DNA from: Chiloscyllium plagiosum
Lineage: Eukaryota
DNA: 51,762 nucleotides
Assembly: GCF_004010195.1 (NCBI RefSeq)
Contig: NC_057718.1
Span: 74,444,210 to 74,495,971 of the forward strand
Direction of reading: 5' to 3'
Under the pieces are notes generated by a model, which did no database searches, was not told the origin of the DNA, and saw nothing but the letters and a program-made list of their open reading frames with translations. Shown here in pieces: positions 1 through 12,465 of this stretch. Each line of letters begins with the position of its first letter. Within the stretch, counting starts at the first letter, position 1. The translations under genes were made by a program, and so were the position numbers.

Positions 1-167
1 TAGAGAGTCCAGCGCCCTCAGAGTCAGATCTCAAGTGTATCAGGATGTCTGACACTCCTGTCTATATCTATCAACCAGGGTTCTCTCCTTGGACCAGATT
101 TACAGCCCTATTCAGGGAACCCATATTCTAAGAGGTACACTTGGTTGACCTCATTACAATCGCTACA
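1..167 (-). repeat. 3' LTR of the Gypsy element (cut by window edge)
   Basis: 41-167 aligns without gaps to 6269-6332 + 7642-7704 (33 mismatches in 127 by hand). Minus strand starts TGTAGCG. Confidence 0.85.
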
Positions 168-180
168 TCCTTTCTCCCCT
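168..180 (-). promoter_or_regulatory. Polypurine tract
   Basis: AGGGGAGAAAGGA on the minus strand, directly before the TG of the 3' LTR. Confidence 0.8.
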
Positions 181-214
181 GAGTCTGAGGGCACAGGCTA
201 GTTTTTTTTGTAGT

Positions 215-316
215 TGATACTTTATTGCTGGAACAGCACACCTGGCCTGCTGTGCTGTTCCAGCAATAAAGTTTCAACTTTGATCTCCAGCATCTGCAGA
301 CCTCACTTTCTCCTCG
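215..316. mobile_element. Short inverted Penelope-pLTR-derived insertion
   Basis: 28-bp inverted repeat (1 mismatch) plus pLTR tail GATCTCCAGCATCTGCAGACCTCACTTTCTCC. Perfect 16-bp TSD TAG(T)8GTAGT at 199-214 and 317-332. Confidence 0.85.
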
Positions 317-2448
317 TAGTTTTTTTTGTAGTATCACCCAGAGTGTTATAGCACCAGGTCAGGTTCCTCTAGCTCTGTTATGGGCAGCATGGAACACACA
401 GTAACTTGTATCTTGCACTGGAGCACATAGGGAGAAATTTATTCTCTTCTTCAGGTGGCAAAAGTGTTGAGGCAGTGACATCTGCTGTGTCCATCTTGGA
501 TTCCAAGGTATCTTCAATGCTTGATGGACAGGGAGAACATATGGGTTTCAGAAGAGTTGGAAAGGCTGTTGAGGAGCCAGGCACCATTTGTGATTTTGTA
601 GCTTTCATATGGTCCATATGCTTATTTAGGACCGTTGAACGTACCCAAACTTTATATGTCACAGGTTGTGACCTCACATTGACTATGCCTCTTCTCCATA
701 CAAGGCCATTCCCGAGGTGCCTATACCAAACTTCATCCCTTGAAGTAAACTGTCTCTTTCATTTAGTGGAGTCTTATGTCCAGTATTGGCATTTCTGATG
801 CCATTTCAGCCTCCCCCGCCAGGTCCAGGAAGATCAGATTTAACCTGGTGGAGAGTCTTCTCCTCATTAACAACTCTGCTGTAACTATTATTGAAGTTGC
901 ATGAGGGGTGATCCTATAATCAAATAGGAACCAGGGTAGTTTAGTATCTAGTGAAATTGTAGGCTATTTCTTTAAGCCTACCTTCAAAATTTGGATTTCT
1001 TTTTCTGCCAGGCCATTGGATGATGGATGGTATGGAGTTGTTTTCTATTTCAAATACCATTCAACTTTAGGTAACACTTCAATTCCCTCCTGGTAAACAA
1101 TGGTCCTTTATCTGTGATCAACACTTCCAGGAATCTGTGTATCACAGAAGATGCATACAGTTTTTTTTTGTTGTCCCTGTGTTTGACGAATAATCTCTAC
1201 GCACATCCAGCTATTTTGAGTGGGCATCCACAATGAACATAGAGCTCATAAAAGGATTTGCATAGTCAGACTCCCAGGTTAACACAGCCACTCTCATGAA
1301 TGTGGGGGAGCTGCTGGCAGTAATCATTGTCCTTGAAGGCAAACTGGGCACTAACACTGCTATGTTGGCATTCAATCCTGGCCACCAGACATAGCTTCTC
1401 ACCTATATCTTCAGTTTGGAAACCCATGAATGACCCTCGTGGAGTTCAGCCCGTATCTGATGACGACCTTTGCTCAGAGCAATCACTGTTGCTCCCCATA
1501 CTATTATGGCATCCTGTACTGTGATCAGGTGTCTCTAAGTCCAAAAAGGTTGTAATGGCACTTTGGCTTCACCCATCACCACCAGCTGTTTCTGTTTTTC
1601 CAGGACTAGATCTTTGTTTCTAAAGTCTGATATTGTCAGTTGTGACTGGGAGTATGTCAGAAAATTTAAAATGATTACAGAGTTTTCCAGTAATGGTACT
1701 ACCTGTGGTGTATCTGCCAATGGGAGTGGCTCAATGAATCAGCATTTGCTTCCTGATGGTGTTCAAACTTGTAATTATATGCACTTAGTATTACAGCCCA
1801 TCACTGAATTTTCCCTGATGCTATGGGCAGTGTGGCCTTGTCCTCTTTACATAGACCTAGCAGGCAGTTGTGGTTTGTTAATATTACAAATTTACATCCA
1901 TAAAGATATTGGTGGAATTTATTGACTCCAAATATGACTGCCAAACCTTCCTTCGCTGTCTGGGCGTGTTTATGCTAAGCATTAGTTAAAGTCCTGAATG
2001 AAAAAACTATTGGGTGTTGCTGTCCATTGGGTCACCTCTGATGAGGTATTGCATGTCAATACCAGATTTCACTTTGGATCAGAATGGGCTAACACTTTAG
2101 AGGATGATAGCTGTTTCTTCATTTCACGGAAAACTTTGTCTTGCTTCTGTGACCATTTCCAAGGCCAAACTTTTTTTAAGAATTGATGAAAAGGTGCCAG
2201 GATGGAGACCAGGTTACGTTTGAACTTTCTGTAATAATTCATCAGCCTCAGGAAAGACCCAAGTTCTGGTATAGGCATGGGAGCTGGGGCAGCTTTGAGT
2301 GCCCTCACTTTATCTTCCAATGATTGTAACCCAATCTTGTTGATTCTGTAACCCAAGTAGGTCATTTCTGGTGCCTGGAACACATATTTTTCCTTTTATA
2401 AGGCATATGCCTGCTTGGGAGAAACATTTAAGGACTTTGCCCAAGTTC

Positions 2449-2508
2449 GGCGCAACATCGAGGGCCGAAGGGCCTGTACTGCGCTGTATTCTTCTATGTT
2501 CTATGTTC
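2449..2508 (+). mobile_element. 60-bp CR1 3'-tail insertion inside Gypsy RT
   Basis: GGGCCGAAGGGCCTGT...(TTCTATG)n tail. GTTC is duplicated at 2445-2448 and 2505-2508. Confidence 0.85.
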
Positions 2509-2689
2509 TCTAAGTGCTCCCCATTGTACTTCCCTGCTTTTAGCACATCATCTAGATAAATGGTGACCTGGGGTATAGCTTGTAAAATGTTCTCCATCGT
2601 CCACTAAAAAAATTCACAGACTGACAATACCCTAAAGGCAGTCTCCTACACTGGTACAAACCCTTATTTCCATGTTGGAACCACAACTA

Positions 2690-4444
2690 TTTAGTCAAAG
2701 TCATGGAATCATACAGTACAGAAACAAACCCTTCAGTTCAACCAGACCTTGCTCATCATAATCCTGAACTAAACTAGTCTCACCTTCTTGCGCTTGGCCC
2801 CTATCCCTCCATTTCTTACTCATGTACTTATCCAAATGTCTTTTAAATGCTGTAACTATACCCACATCCACCACTTCCTCTGGAAGTTCTTTCCACACAC
2901 GAAGCACTTGTGTGAAAAGTTGCTTCTCATGTCTTTTTCAAAACTTTCTTTTCACACTTTAAAGATATGTCCCCTGGTCTCGAAATCCTCCACCCTAGGG
3001 AAAACAGACCTGCCATTCACCTTATCTATACTGCTCATGATTTTCTAAACCTCTGAGGTCATGCCTCAACCTCTTTTGCTCCAATAAAAACATTCCAGTC
3101 TGGCTAGCCTCTCCTTACAACTCAAACCCTCCATTCCTAGCAATCCTGGTAAATCTTTGCTGAAACCACTCTAGTTTAACAACATACTTCCTATCATTTT
3201 TATATAAATTGTTTGGATGAGAATATAGGAGGCATGGTTGATAAGTTTGCAGATGACGCCAAACTCAGTAGTATAGTGGACAGTGAAGAAGGTTACCTCA
3301 GAATACAAGGGGATTGTGATCAAATGGACTGATGGCCTCAAAATGGCAGATAGAGTTTAATTTAGATAAATGTGAGGTGCTGCATTTTGGTAAGGCAAAT
3401 CAGGGCAAGACATATATACTTAATGGTAGGGTCCTTGGGAGTGTTGCTGAACAAAGAGACTTGGAGTTACAGGTTCATAATTCCTTGAAAATGGAGTCAC
3501 AGGTAGACAGGACAGTGAAGAAAGCATTTAGTATGCTTGCCTTTTTTGGTCAGTGCATTGAGTATAGAAGTTGGATGCAGAATACTGCATTCAATTCTGG
3601 TCTACCTGCTATAGGAAAAATGTTGTTAAACTTGAAAGGATGCAGAAAAGATTAACAAGGATGTTGCTGGGGTTGGAAAGCATGAGCAATAGGGAGAGGC
3701 TGAATAGGCTGGGGTTATTTTTCCTGGAGGATTAGAAGCTGATGGATGACCTTATACAGGTNNNNNNNNNNNNNNNNNNNNNNNNNNNNNNNGGGGGGGG
3801 GGGGAAGGCATGGGTAGGGTGAATAGCCAAGTTCTTTTTCCCAGGATAGGGGAGTCCAAAACTAGAGGACAGAGGTTTCCGAAGGGATTTAAAAAGGGAC
3901 TAAGGGGCAGTTTTTTCACACAAAGGATGGTGCATGTATGGAATGAGTTGTCAGAGGAAGTAGTGGAGGCTGGTACAATTACAACATTTAAAAGGCATCT
4001 GGATGGTACATGAAGAAGAAGAGTTTAGAGGGATATGAACTAAATGCTGGCAAATGGAATAAGATTAATTTAAAACATCTGGCTGGCATGGATCAAAGGG
4101 TTTGTTTCCATGCTGTACAGCTCTAAGACTCTAACTGGACAGAGTACTCCAGAAGAGGCCTCATACATGTCCTGCACAACCTCAATATGACATTGCAACT
4201 CCTAGACTCAATGGTGTCAGCAACGCAGGCGTGCATGTTAAATGTCTTCTTAACCAATCTCTATACATGTGACGCACAGTTCAAAGAATTATGCCATTGA
4301 ATGCCTACATCAATTTGTTCTACAATACTACGCAAGGCCCTATGTTTAATTATATAAGCCTTGCTCTTGTTTGTCTTATCAAAATGCAATACCTTATAGT
4401 TATCCAAACTAACTCCATCTGCCACTCCTTAGCTCATTGACCTA
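2690..4444 (-). mobile_element. CR1 LINE 3' fragment, split by a second CR1
   Basis: Tail and FKRHLDKYM motif at 2690-3195. The minus-strand CR1 sequence resumes at ~4134-4444. It interrupts Gypsy RT between NTH and KGLYQ. Confidence 0.85.
3195..4133 (+). mobile_element. CR1 LINE 3' fragment (RT C-terminus and tail)
   Basis: KFADDAK; WQIEFNLDKCEVLHFG; FFTQRMVHVWNELSEEVVEAGTITTFKRHLD; tail ending CTAAGACTCTA. Confidence 0.9.
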
Positions 4445-6185
4445 ATGGGTATTGAGTGCAGCATACTTCTGGAAATCCTCATCTAACTGCAATTGCAAGA
4501 AAAGATGGCTCATGTCCAATTTCATGAAGGACTGCCTCTCCTTGCCCCCAGCCAGCTTTGCATATAAATCTTCTTTGCGAACAATCGGGCATTTACCCAG
4601 CTTAGAAAAGCCGATTATCGTTTCTTTAAAATCCCCAGAAAGGCAAACCCCACTTCGGTTCACAATCTGTACAACCGGTCCTGCCCTTCCTCAAACTGTA
4701 CTGGTTTGATGATTTCTACGCTTTCCAACTTTCTGATTTCTGCTTTTGCCTGTAATGCAAATGGTACTGGATGGGCCTTGCAGAATCATGGAATTGCTTC
4801 CTGGTCAACATGCAAGGTGGCTTTGCTCCCTTTGATAGTCCCAAGCCATTCCTGAAAAACCTCCGGATATTTAATTAGGACTTTACTCAGGCAGTTATTT
4901 TCTAATCGAAAAGTGTTGAGCCAATCAAGTTTAATCTTTCTCAACCAATTTTACCCATATCAGGTTTTTGCCCGAGCCTTTTACTACATACAATCAGTGG
5001 TAACTAGACCAACTGCTTCTCATACAAGACCAAACCCAAAGTTGTACCCTTAGTCTGTAAAAGTTCCTAAGTGTAGGTTCTCAGTTTAACTGAAGTCTGA
5101 TGCAACTTACAGGTTGGAGTCTGGAATAAATTTTGTCAATGACTGGTTCTGCAACCACTGATATAGCCACATTGGTATCAACTTCCATTAGAACTGGGTG
5201 ACCATTAACCAGACATTTACTTTGATTAATTCTGATATGGACATTGCTAAGCAATTTAACTGTTCCAAGCTAAATGTATATGGGCTTTCCAGGATATGCA
5301 TTCTACTGCATACTGCCCTATAAGTTCTCTTACTCAGTGCAGATCGAGTTAGACTCTTTTGCTCTGTCATGTCAGCAAACTGGCAACAACTACAATGGTT
5401 TGCTGACCTGAAACCTGAAGAAAATGTAAACTGTTTGGCTGAGGCTTGGCTTTGTTTTGGGGTTTTGCTGTGGGCTGACCTTAGAGTCCCTCTGTTCAGG
5501 ATATGTCCTGAGTGAGGCTATGCAATTGTCTTCAGTCAAGTGGGGTCAGCCTGGCGAAGGTGTCCATTTCTATCGGTATACCCTAGAACTCATAAGTTCC
5601 ACTTGTTGCATTTTCCAATGATAATGATAATTATCATGTTTGCTTGAAATCCAGTTGGCCTTCAGCGAGTAGGCACTTTTGCATGGTTATGTCATTAATC
5701 CCACATACCAAACAGACTCTCAGCAACTCTTTTAGGGTCAAATCAAAGTCATGTGCCTCTGCCAGTTGTCTTAACATAACCAAATATTCTGATATGGATT
5801 CCCTTAATTCTTGAATTGCCAAGTAGAACTGACAGCATCTCAGAATTAGAGGAGGCTTGGTGTCGTATTATTCCTTAACCAGGTCTGTCAATTCTTGAAA
5901 GGTTTTAGCTTCTGGTGCCTCAGGAAAAGTTAAGCTCCTATAACTGAAAAAGCTTCAGGTTCACAAACTGTCAGGAGAATTTCTTGGTGCATTTCATTTG
6001 CTCCATTATCATTTGCCTAGAAAAATAATGCATTCTTTCCACATACTGGGTCCAGTCTTCAATGCGGAATTGATCGAGTTGATCTTCCCAAGTAGTCACA
6101 TGATGCCTGAAATGCTTACCTCAACACAAAGATGATTGTTGCAAGTGAATTTCTTCAGGAGGGTACTTTTCTCTTAAAGTCACTA

Positions 6186-7704
6186 AAATAACTAGTTTCC
6201 CATCACCAAGTCACCCTTTACTTACGTACTTTATTTTATAGCTCTCTCAGAGGCAGCTGTCAGAGTGTCAGATTGTCTGATACTCCTGCTCTAATCTGTC
6301 AGCCAGGGCTCCCTAATTGGACCAGATTAACAATAGACAATAGACAATAGGTGCAGGAGTAGGCCATTCTGCCCTTTGAGCCTGCACCACCATTCAATAT
6401 GATCATGGCTGATCATCCTTAATCAGTATCCTGTTCCTGCCTTATCTCCTTAACCCTTGATTCCACTATCCTTGAGAGCTCTATCCAACTCTTTCTTAAA
6501 TGAATCCAGAGACTGGGCCTCCACTGCCCTCTGGGGCAGAGCATTCCACACAGCCACCACTCTCTGGGTGAAGAAGTTTCTCCTCATCTCTGTCCTAAAT
6601 GGTCTTTTCCTCAAATTTGGAGACCAGAACTGCACACAGTACTCCAGGTGTGGTCTCACCAGGGCTCTGTACAGCTGCAGAAGCATCTCTTTGCTTCTAT
6701 ACTCAATTCCTCTTGTTATGAAGGCCAGCATGCTATTCGCCTTCTTCACTACCTGCTGTACCTGCATGCTTGCCTTCATTGACTGGTGTACAAGAACATC
6801 CAGATCTCTTTGTACTGCCCCTTTACATTAATTGATTCCATTTAGGTAGTAATCTGCCTTCCTGTTCTTGCCACCAAAGTGGATAAGCATACATTTATCC
6901 ACATTAAACTGCATCTGACCACTCACCTAACATGTCCAGGTCACCCTGTAATCTCCTAACATCCTCCTCACATTTCACCCTGCCACCCAGCTTAGTATCA
7001 TCAGCAAATTTGCTAATGTTATTACTAATACCATCTTCTATATCATTAATTGTAAAAAGCTGCTGTCCCAGCACTGATCCCTGCGGTACCCCACTGGTCA
7101 CTGCCTGCCATTTCGAAATGGAGCCATTTATCACTACTCTTTGTTTCCTATCAGCCAACCAACTTTCAATCCAAGTTAGTACTTTGCCCCCAATACCATG
7201 CGCCCTAATTTTGCTCACTAACCTCCTATGTGAGACTTTATCAAAAGCTTTCTGAAAGTCCAGGTACACTACATCTACTGGATCTCCCTCGTCCATCTTC
7301 AGAGTTACATTCTCAAAAAATTCCAGATTAGTCAAGCATGATTTCCCCTTCATAAATCCATGCCTATCCTATTACTACTATCCAGATGTGTCGTAATTTC
7401 ATCCTTTATAATAGACTCCAGCATCTTATCCACCACTGAGGTCAGACTAACTGGTCTATAATTTCCTGCTTTCTCTCTCCCACCTTTCTTAAAATGTGGT
7501 ACAACATTAGCCAACCTCCAATCCGCAGGAACTGATCCCGAATCTATTGAACTCTGGAAAATAATCACCAACGCATCCACGATTTCTGGAGCCACCTCCT
7601 TCAGTACCCTGGGATGTAGACCATCAGGTCCCGGGGACTTAACCTCAATCAGGGACCTCATGGTCCATGAGATCCACCTGGCTGACTTCGTTACAATCAC
7701 TATA
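6186..7704 (-). repeat. 5' LTR of the Gypsy element, split by a CR1
   Basis: Segments ~6186-6332 and 7642-7704 rejoin into a homolog of 1-167. The inner boundary is approximate. Confidence 0.8.
6331..7641 (-). mobile_element. Relatively young 5'-truncated CR1 (HER1-like) with internal deletion
   Basis: KSPGPDGLHPRVLKE, NYRPVSLTSVV, YLDFQKAFDKV, GVPQGSVLG, KFADDTKL, RPHLEYCVQFWSP; (CTATTGT)n tail at 6331-6350. Confidence 0.95.
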
Positions 7705-7839
7705 ACCTCTATTGTGAAGTATACTTTTTCACACTCACTGTCATGTTACAGAAAGACTGCTGCTCACTCAGCACTATCTCCGTCAGTCACTGACCTTAAC
7801 TGTATTGTTTCAAAAGATAGAGGATTGAACATTCCACTA

Positions 7840-8205
7840 GTCCATAAAACCATGCAAAATAAGAGCAGGGGTAGGCTGTCCAGCCTCTCGAGTCTGTTCT
7901 GCTATTCAATAGGATCATGTTTAATCCTACATTCCTCATGTCCACTTTCCTGTGTTTTTCCTGTAACCTTTGCTTCACTGACCAATCAAAAATCTATGTA
8001 TTTAGCTTTAAATATAAACAAGGCCCCCCAATGGTCAATGTGACAAAGTGTTCCAAATGCTCACAACTCTCTGAGAGAAGAAAAACCTTCCCATCTCAGT
8101 CTTAAATCTGAGACTGTGACCTCTAGTCTGCGACTCTCCCATTAGGGGAAACATCCTCTCATCTTATGTCCTATCAAGCCTCTTCAGAATTCTATATGTT
8201 TCAAT
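7840..8205 (-). mobile_element. Old CR1 3' fragment
   Basis: Degenerate CR1 3' end (MFPLMGESQTRGHSL-like region at ~8110-8160). Confidence 0.7.
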
Positions 8206-9142
8206 CCTGTGATCTCTAACTGGTTATACTAAGATTGAAATTCATATAGTCACCTTCAATGCGATGTTACCATCAAACAAAAAGATGGTCTACCTATTAT
8301 ACAAATGAGTAAATTGATATATGGTGTGATACCAGGTATGTAGATCATACATCCCAAAGACTGGTGCATCATATCAAACATCATATCCCTTCAGCTGTTT
8401 GTGAGAAATATATTCCTGACACGTACCCATTTTTCACTTGCAAACCTCACTACACAGCTCCAGTGTAGATGTGATTCTTCATTGGATAACATTTGCAGGA
8501 TAATACTGAAAATGCAAAGAATTGCAGTGATAACTAATTTGGCTCACAGTGTGGTACTGTCTGCTTGTACTGGAAGCTACATATGTTAGTACAAAGGATT
8601 CTGTTCTTTACACGTCAAACAATACAGCACTCTGTCAGTTTCAATCGGCAATAGCCATTCACTGATATGTTTTTCAGGGCAATGCCTTGCTCAAAATCCA
8701 CTTACCAACCAGTCAGTACTCCCTTCTCATTCACTATAAATGTTGGTCTTCCCACAGAATTGTATTCTTGTGAGTACTATTTGTACTGATGAATGCAAAA
8801 TGAAAGACTTTGAAAAATATGTATTCTTACAGCAGTTGTGTTACTCGTGGTTCAGATGTAATTTCTACTTTTAAGCATTTAAAATGTGCTTCTTTGTAAT
8901 ATAGTATCTCTGTACTACCTTAAGGGATTTTCTACTCTAATCAGATGTCTAACATCATTTTAACAATAAATATCATGGTTACCCACTCATTTTACTATCT
9001 CCCTATCTCTATAATAAAATTGAGACTTCTTGCTTCTTTCTGGGTAAAATGGAAATTTTGTCACTTTTCAGAGTTGAAAATATCAAACACTGTTTCTAAA
9101 CAAATTTTCAAATAACATTCACTGGTTGTAGCATTTATACAT

Positions 9143-9317
9143 AGAAGAACAAACTGCGGATGCTGGAGATCTGAAACACAAACTGAAATTGTTGGCAAAA
9201 CTCAGCAGGATTGGCAGCACCACAACTGATGAAGAGTCACTAAACTCGAAACATTAATTCTGCTTTCTTCCCACAGATGCTGCCACACCTGTTGAGTTTT
9301 GCCAGCAATTTCGGTTT
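9143..9317. mobile_element. Inverted PLE-pLTR-derived element with hammerhead-like core
   Basis: Inverted arms; CTGATGA-A-GAGT-CACTAA-ACTC-GAAA at 9226-9251; ~17-bp TSD (2 mismatches) at 9126-9142 and 9318-9334. Confidence 0.75.
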
Positions 9318-11835
9318 TTGTAGCCTTTATAAATCCATCCTTTGCAATTGCACCTTCATTAAAGTCACAGTCCTTTTAAACGTGTTTTCTTTAAACCCTG
9401 ACTTTTACTTTTCTGACAGAATCTTTCACTAGATTTCTTTAAATGGGCTTGTTTCAGCTTAAATAAATTCTGAAGCTTTCCTAATTCCATTGCTCCAGCC
9501 CACTATTTTTCTGGCACTTTTAATATTCTTTGCAGCTGTCTTTCTGGAGCCTAATGTTAATCATAATGATGCCTACTGAAAGAAATGGGAACTCTCTTTC
9601 ATACTTCGTTGTCTTCCCTTTCTGGTCTTACACTACTTTTCATAATATTATTTTCTTTTTCTTTAAGGATCTCTAATTTTACTTCCTGGAACCTTCAGTA
9701 ACTCTTAACAGAGTCTCCTTTGCTAATATCTCTGTATTTTTGAGATTTGGATGGCTTTTCTCTCTTTTCCTAACTGTTAAAGTGCTCTTAAAGTGCTGAA
9801 CTCACTTCCTTGAAAACCCTTCTTCTGGTATTCTTTTCCCTTCAAGGTAGGGGATCAGATACACACTGCAGAAACCACGTGATAGTTTCCTAGGTGACCA
9901 CTTTGTGGTATTTTCTACCTCTACCAGGAGTTCAATGACACCAATTATCCTTTATTTTTGCTTTGTCTTGGGGTCCTTGGTTTAGTATAAACCATTGAAG
10001 AGTGTCTTCAGAAGAAGCATAATTCTTACGCAACAGATAACTTTGGATAAGGATAAGACTGGTTCTCGGGTGAATGCACCAAATTTGGGGATGACTACTT
10101 ACAAGAGTATTTTAAGGAGGAACTGGAGAGATAAATTAGAGGGTGGGTGTTTAAGCGCAAGCACACATCTGACATGGAGGAGCCTTTTAAAGGCTGCTCA
10201 GAGTTTAAGACTGGCATGTTCCAATGAGGTTGAAAGATAAGGATGGCAAGATTCAGGAACCCTGGATGACAAGAGACATTGAAGGTTTATTCAGAAAGAA
10301 AAAGGAAGTATACGCATGGTTTAAGAAACTGAAATCTGACAAGGGCCTTGAGAATTATAATGCAATACTTAAACACAGAATTAGGATGGCTAGAATGGGT
10401 CATGAAATATCCTTGGTCAGTAGGATTACGGAGAATCCCAAGGTACTTTATCCACATATTAGGGCCAAGACGTTAACTGGGGAAAGGCTAAGTCCTTTCA
10501 AGGACATAGGAGAGATTTTATGTGTGGAGCTGGAGAAAGTGGGTGAGGTCATTAATGAGTGCTTTGCATCGGTATTCACCAAGGAGAAGGGCATGGAGGA
10601 TAGTAAGCTTAAGGAGTGGTATATTAATATTCCAGGGCATGTCGATATTAAGAAGGATATTGTCCACCCTTAAATCTCCAAGGTCTGGTAAGCGCTATCC
10701 CAGAATGCTGAGGGAGACAAGGGAAGAGATTGCTGGAGTCTTGACAGAGATCTTTATACCCTCTTTCGCCAGAGGCAAGGTCCCAGAACACTGGAGAACA
10801 GCCAGTGCTGTTCCTTTGTTAAGAAAGGTAATGGCATAATCCAGGAAATTATAGGCCAGTGAGCCTAACATCAGTGGTAGGGAAATTATTGGAGAAGATT
10901 CTTAGGGACAGGATTTATTTGCATTTGGAAAAGAATGAAGAATTAAGAGTAGTGGGGAAGTTTTGTCTCACAGATTTGATTCAAATTTTTTAAAGAAGTG
11001 ACAAAGATGATTGGTGAGGGTAAGGCAGTGGATGTTGCCTATCTGCACTTCACTAAAGCATTTGACAAGGTCCTGCACAGTAGGCTGGTCCAGAAGATTA
11101 AGTCACATATGATCCACAGTGAGTTGGTAAGTTGGATGCAAAATTGGGTTGGTCATAGAAATCAGAAGGTAGTTGTGGAGGGGTGCTATTCTGACTGGGT
11201 GTCTGTGACCAGTTGAGTTCTGTGAGGATCTGTACGATGTTGTTTGTAACATAGCTAAATTATGTAGTTGAAAATCTAGGTGGTCTGATTATAGTAAGTT
11301 AAAATACATCATAAAAATCAATGGAGTTGTGTATAGTGAGGATGGTTGTAAAAGGATATTATGGGATATAAATCCATTGGAATGTTGTGCACAGAAATGG
11401 CAGATGCAGTTTAATCTGGACAAGTGTGAGGTGATACATTTTGGGAGGTCAAATGCAAGAGGAAAGTATACAGCTAATGGCAGGATCCTTGGAAGCTTTG
11501 ATAATGAGAGGGATCTTGGGATGCAAGTCCGTAGCTCCCTGAAATTGTCAGCACAAATGGAAAAGGTGACAAAGAAGGAGAACAGTATGCTTGCTTTCAC
11601 TGGTTGGGGCACTCTGTATTAAAGTTGGCAAGTCATGTTGCAGCTGTATAAAACTTTAGTTAGGCAACATTTGGAGTAATGTATGCTGTTCTGGTCTTCA
11701 CATTTTATGAAGGATGTGAAGATTTTGGTGAGGCAGCAAAAGAGATTTACTAGGATTTTGCCTGGATTGGAGTGTATTGGACAAAATTCGAATGTTTTCC
11801 TAAAGCACTGGAGACTGAGGGGTGACTTGATAAAA

Positions 11836-12098
11836 GATTAGATTAGATTCGGCCCAACAAGTCCACACTGACCCTCTGAAGAGCAACCCACCCCCTTACA
11901 TTTACCCCTTCACCTAACACTATGGGCAATTTAGCATGGCCAATTCATTTTTAGACTGTGGGAGGAAACCAGAGCACTTGGAGGAAACCCACGCAGGCAC
12001 GGGGAGAACTTCCAAACTCCACACAGACAGCTGCCTGAGGTGGGAATTGAACCGGGGTCTCTGGTGCTGTGAGGCACCACTGTGCCACCGTGCCACCC
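11836..12098 (-). mobile_element. HE1-type V-SINE
   Basis: tRNA-derived head with B box GGTTCAATTCC, V domain (GTGTGGAGTTTG...GGGTTTCCTCC) and (AATCT)n tail. Confidence 0.9.
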
Positions 12099-12393
12099 AC
12101 AAAAGTATATAAAATTAAGAAAGGCATGGATTGGGTGGATAGTCAGAGTTTTCTTTCTCAGGGTGGAAATGTCAAAAATTTGGGGGAGAAAAGGTTGAAG
12201 GTGAGAGGGGGAAAATTTAAAGGAGATGTGTTCGCCAAGTTTTTTGCACAGAAGAGGAGCAGGTGCCTGGAATGCACTGCCCGGGGAAGTGGTAGAAGCA
12301 GATATAATAGACATGTTTAAGAGGCATTTAGACAGACACGTGAACAGGCAAGAATATGAGAGATATGGACCACATACAGGCAGATGGGATTAG

Positions 12394-12465
12394 ATTAGAT
12401 TAGATTAGATTACATTACAGTGTAGAAACAGGCCCTTCGGCCCAACAAGTCCACACCGACCCGCC
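12394..12465 (-). mobile_element. 5'-truncated HE1 SINE tail
   Basis: (GATTA)n plus AACAGGCCCTTCGGCCCAACAAGTCCACACC. GGATTAG is duplicated at 12387-12393 and 12466-12472. Confidence 0.85.

Larger units (their letters stand above)
1..7704 (-). mobile_element. Degenerate Gypsy/Ty3 LTR retrotransposon (gag-PR-RT-RH-IN) with nested insertions
   Basis: Minus-strand remnants occur in Gypsy order: gag (ESISEYLVMLRQLAE...LVCGINDITMQKCLLAE, 5634-5822), protease (VNGHPVLMEVDTNVAISV, ~5155-5210), RT (KLDMSHLFLQLQLDE...NTH/KGLYQ; IYLDD ~2550-2565), RT/RH linker (LAHSDPK) and integrase (RSYVWWPGL, IVDAHSK, HPSSNGLAE ~1005-1030). Two homologous LTRs and a PPT are present. Confidence 0.93.

Noticed and set aside
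3792..3804. Poly-G / G-quadruplex
   Set aside because: Directly beside an N-gap; likely a sequencing artefact.
6327..7643. 5-bp TSD TTAAC around the CR1
   Set aside because: GACTTA belongs to the CR1 KSPG codons, and alignment to the other LTR needs only a 0-2 bp overlap.
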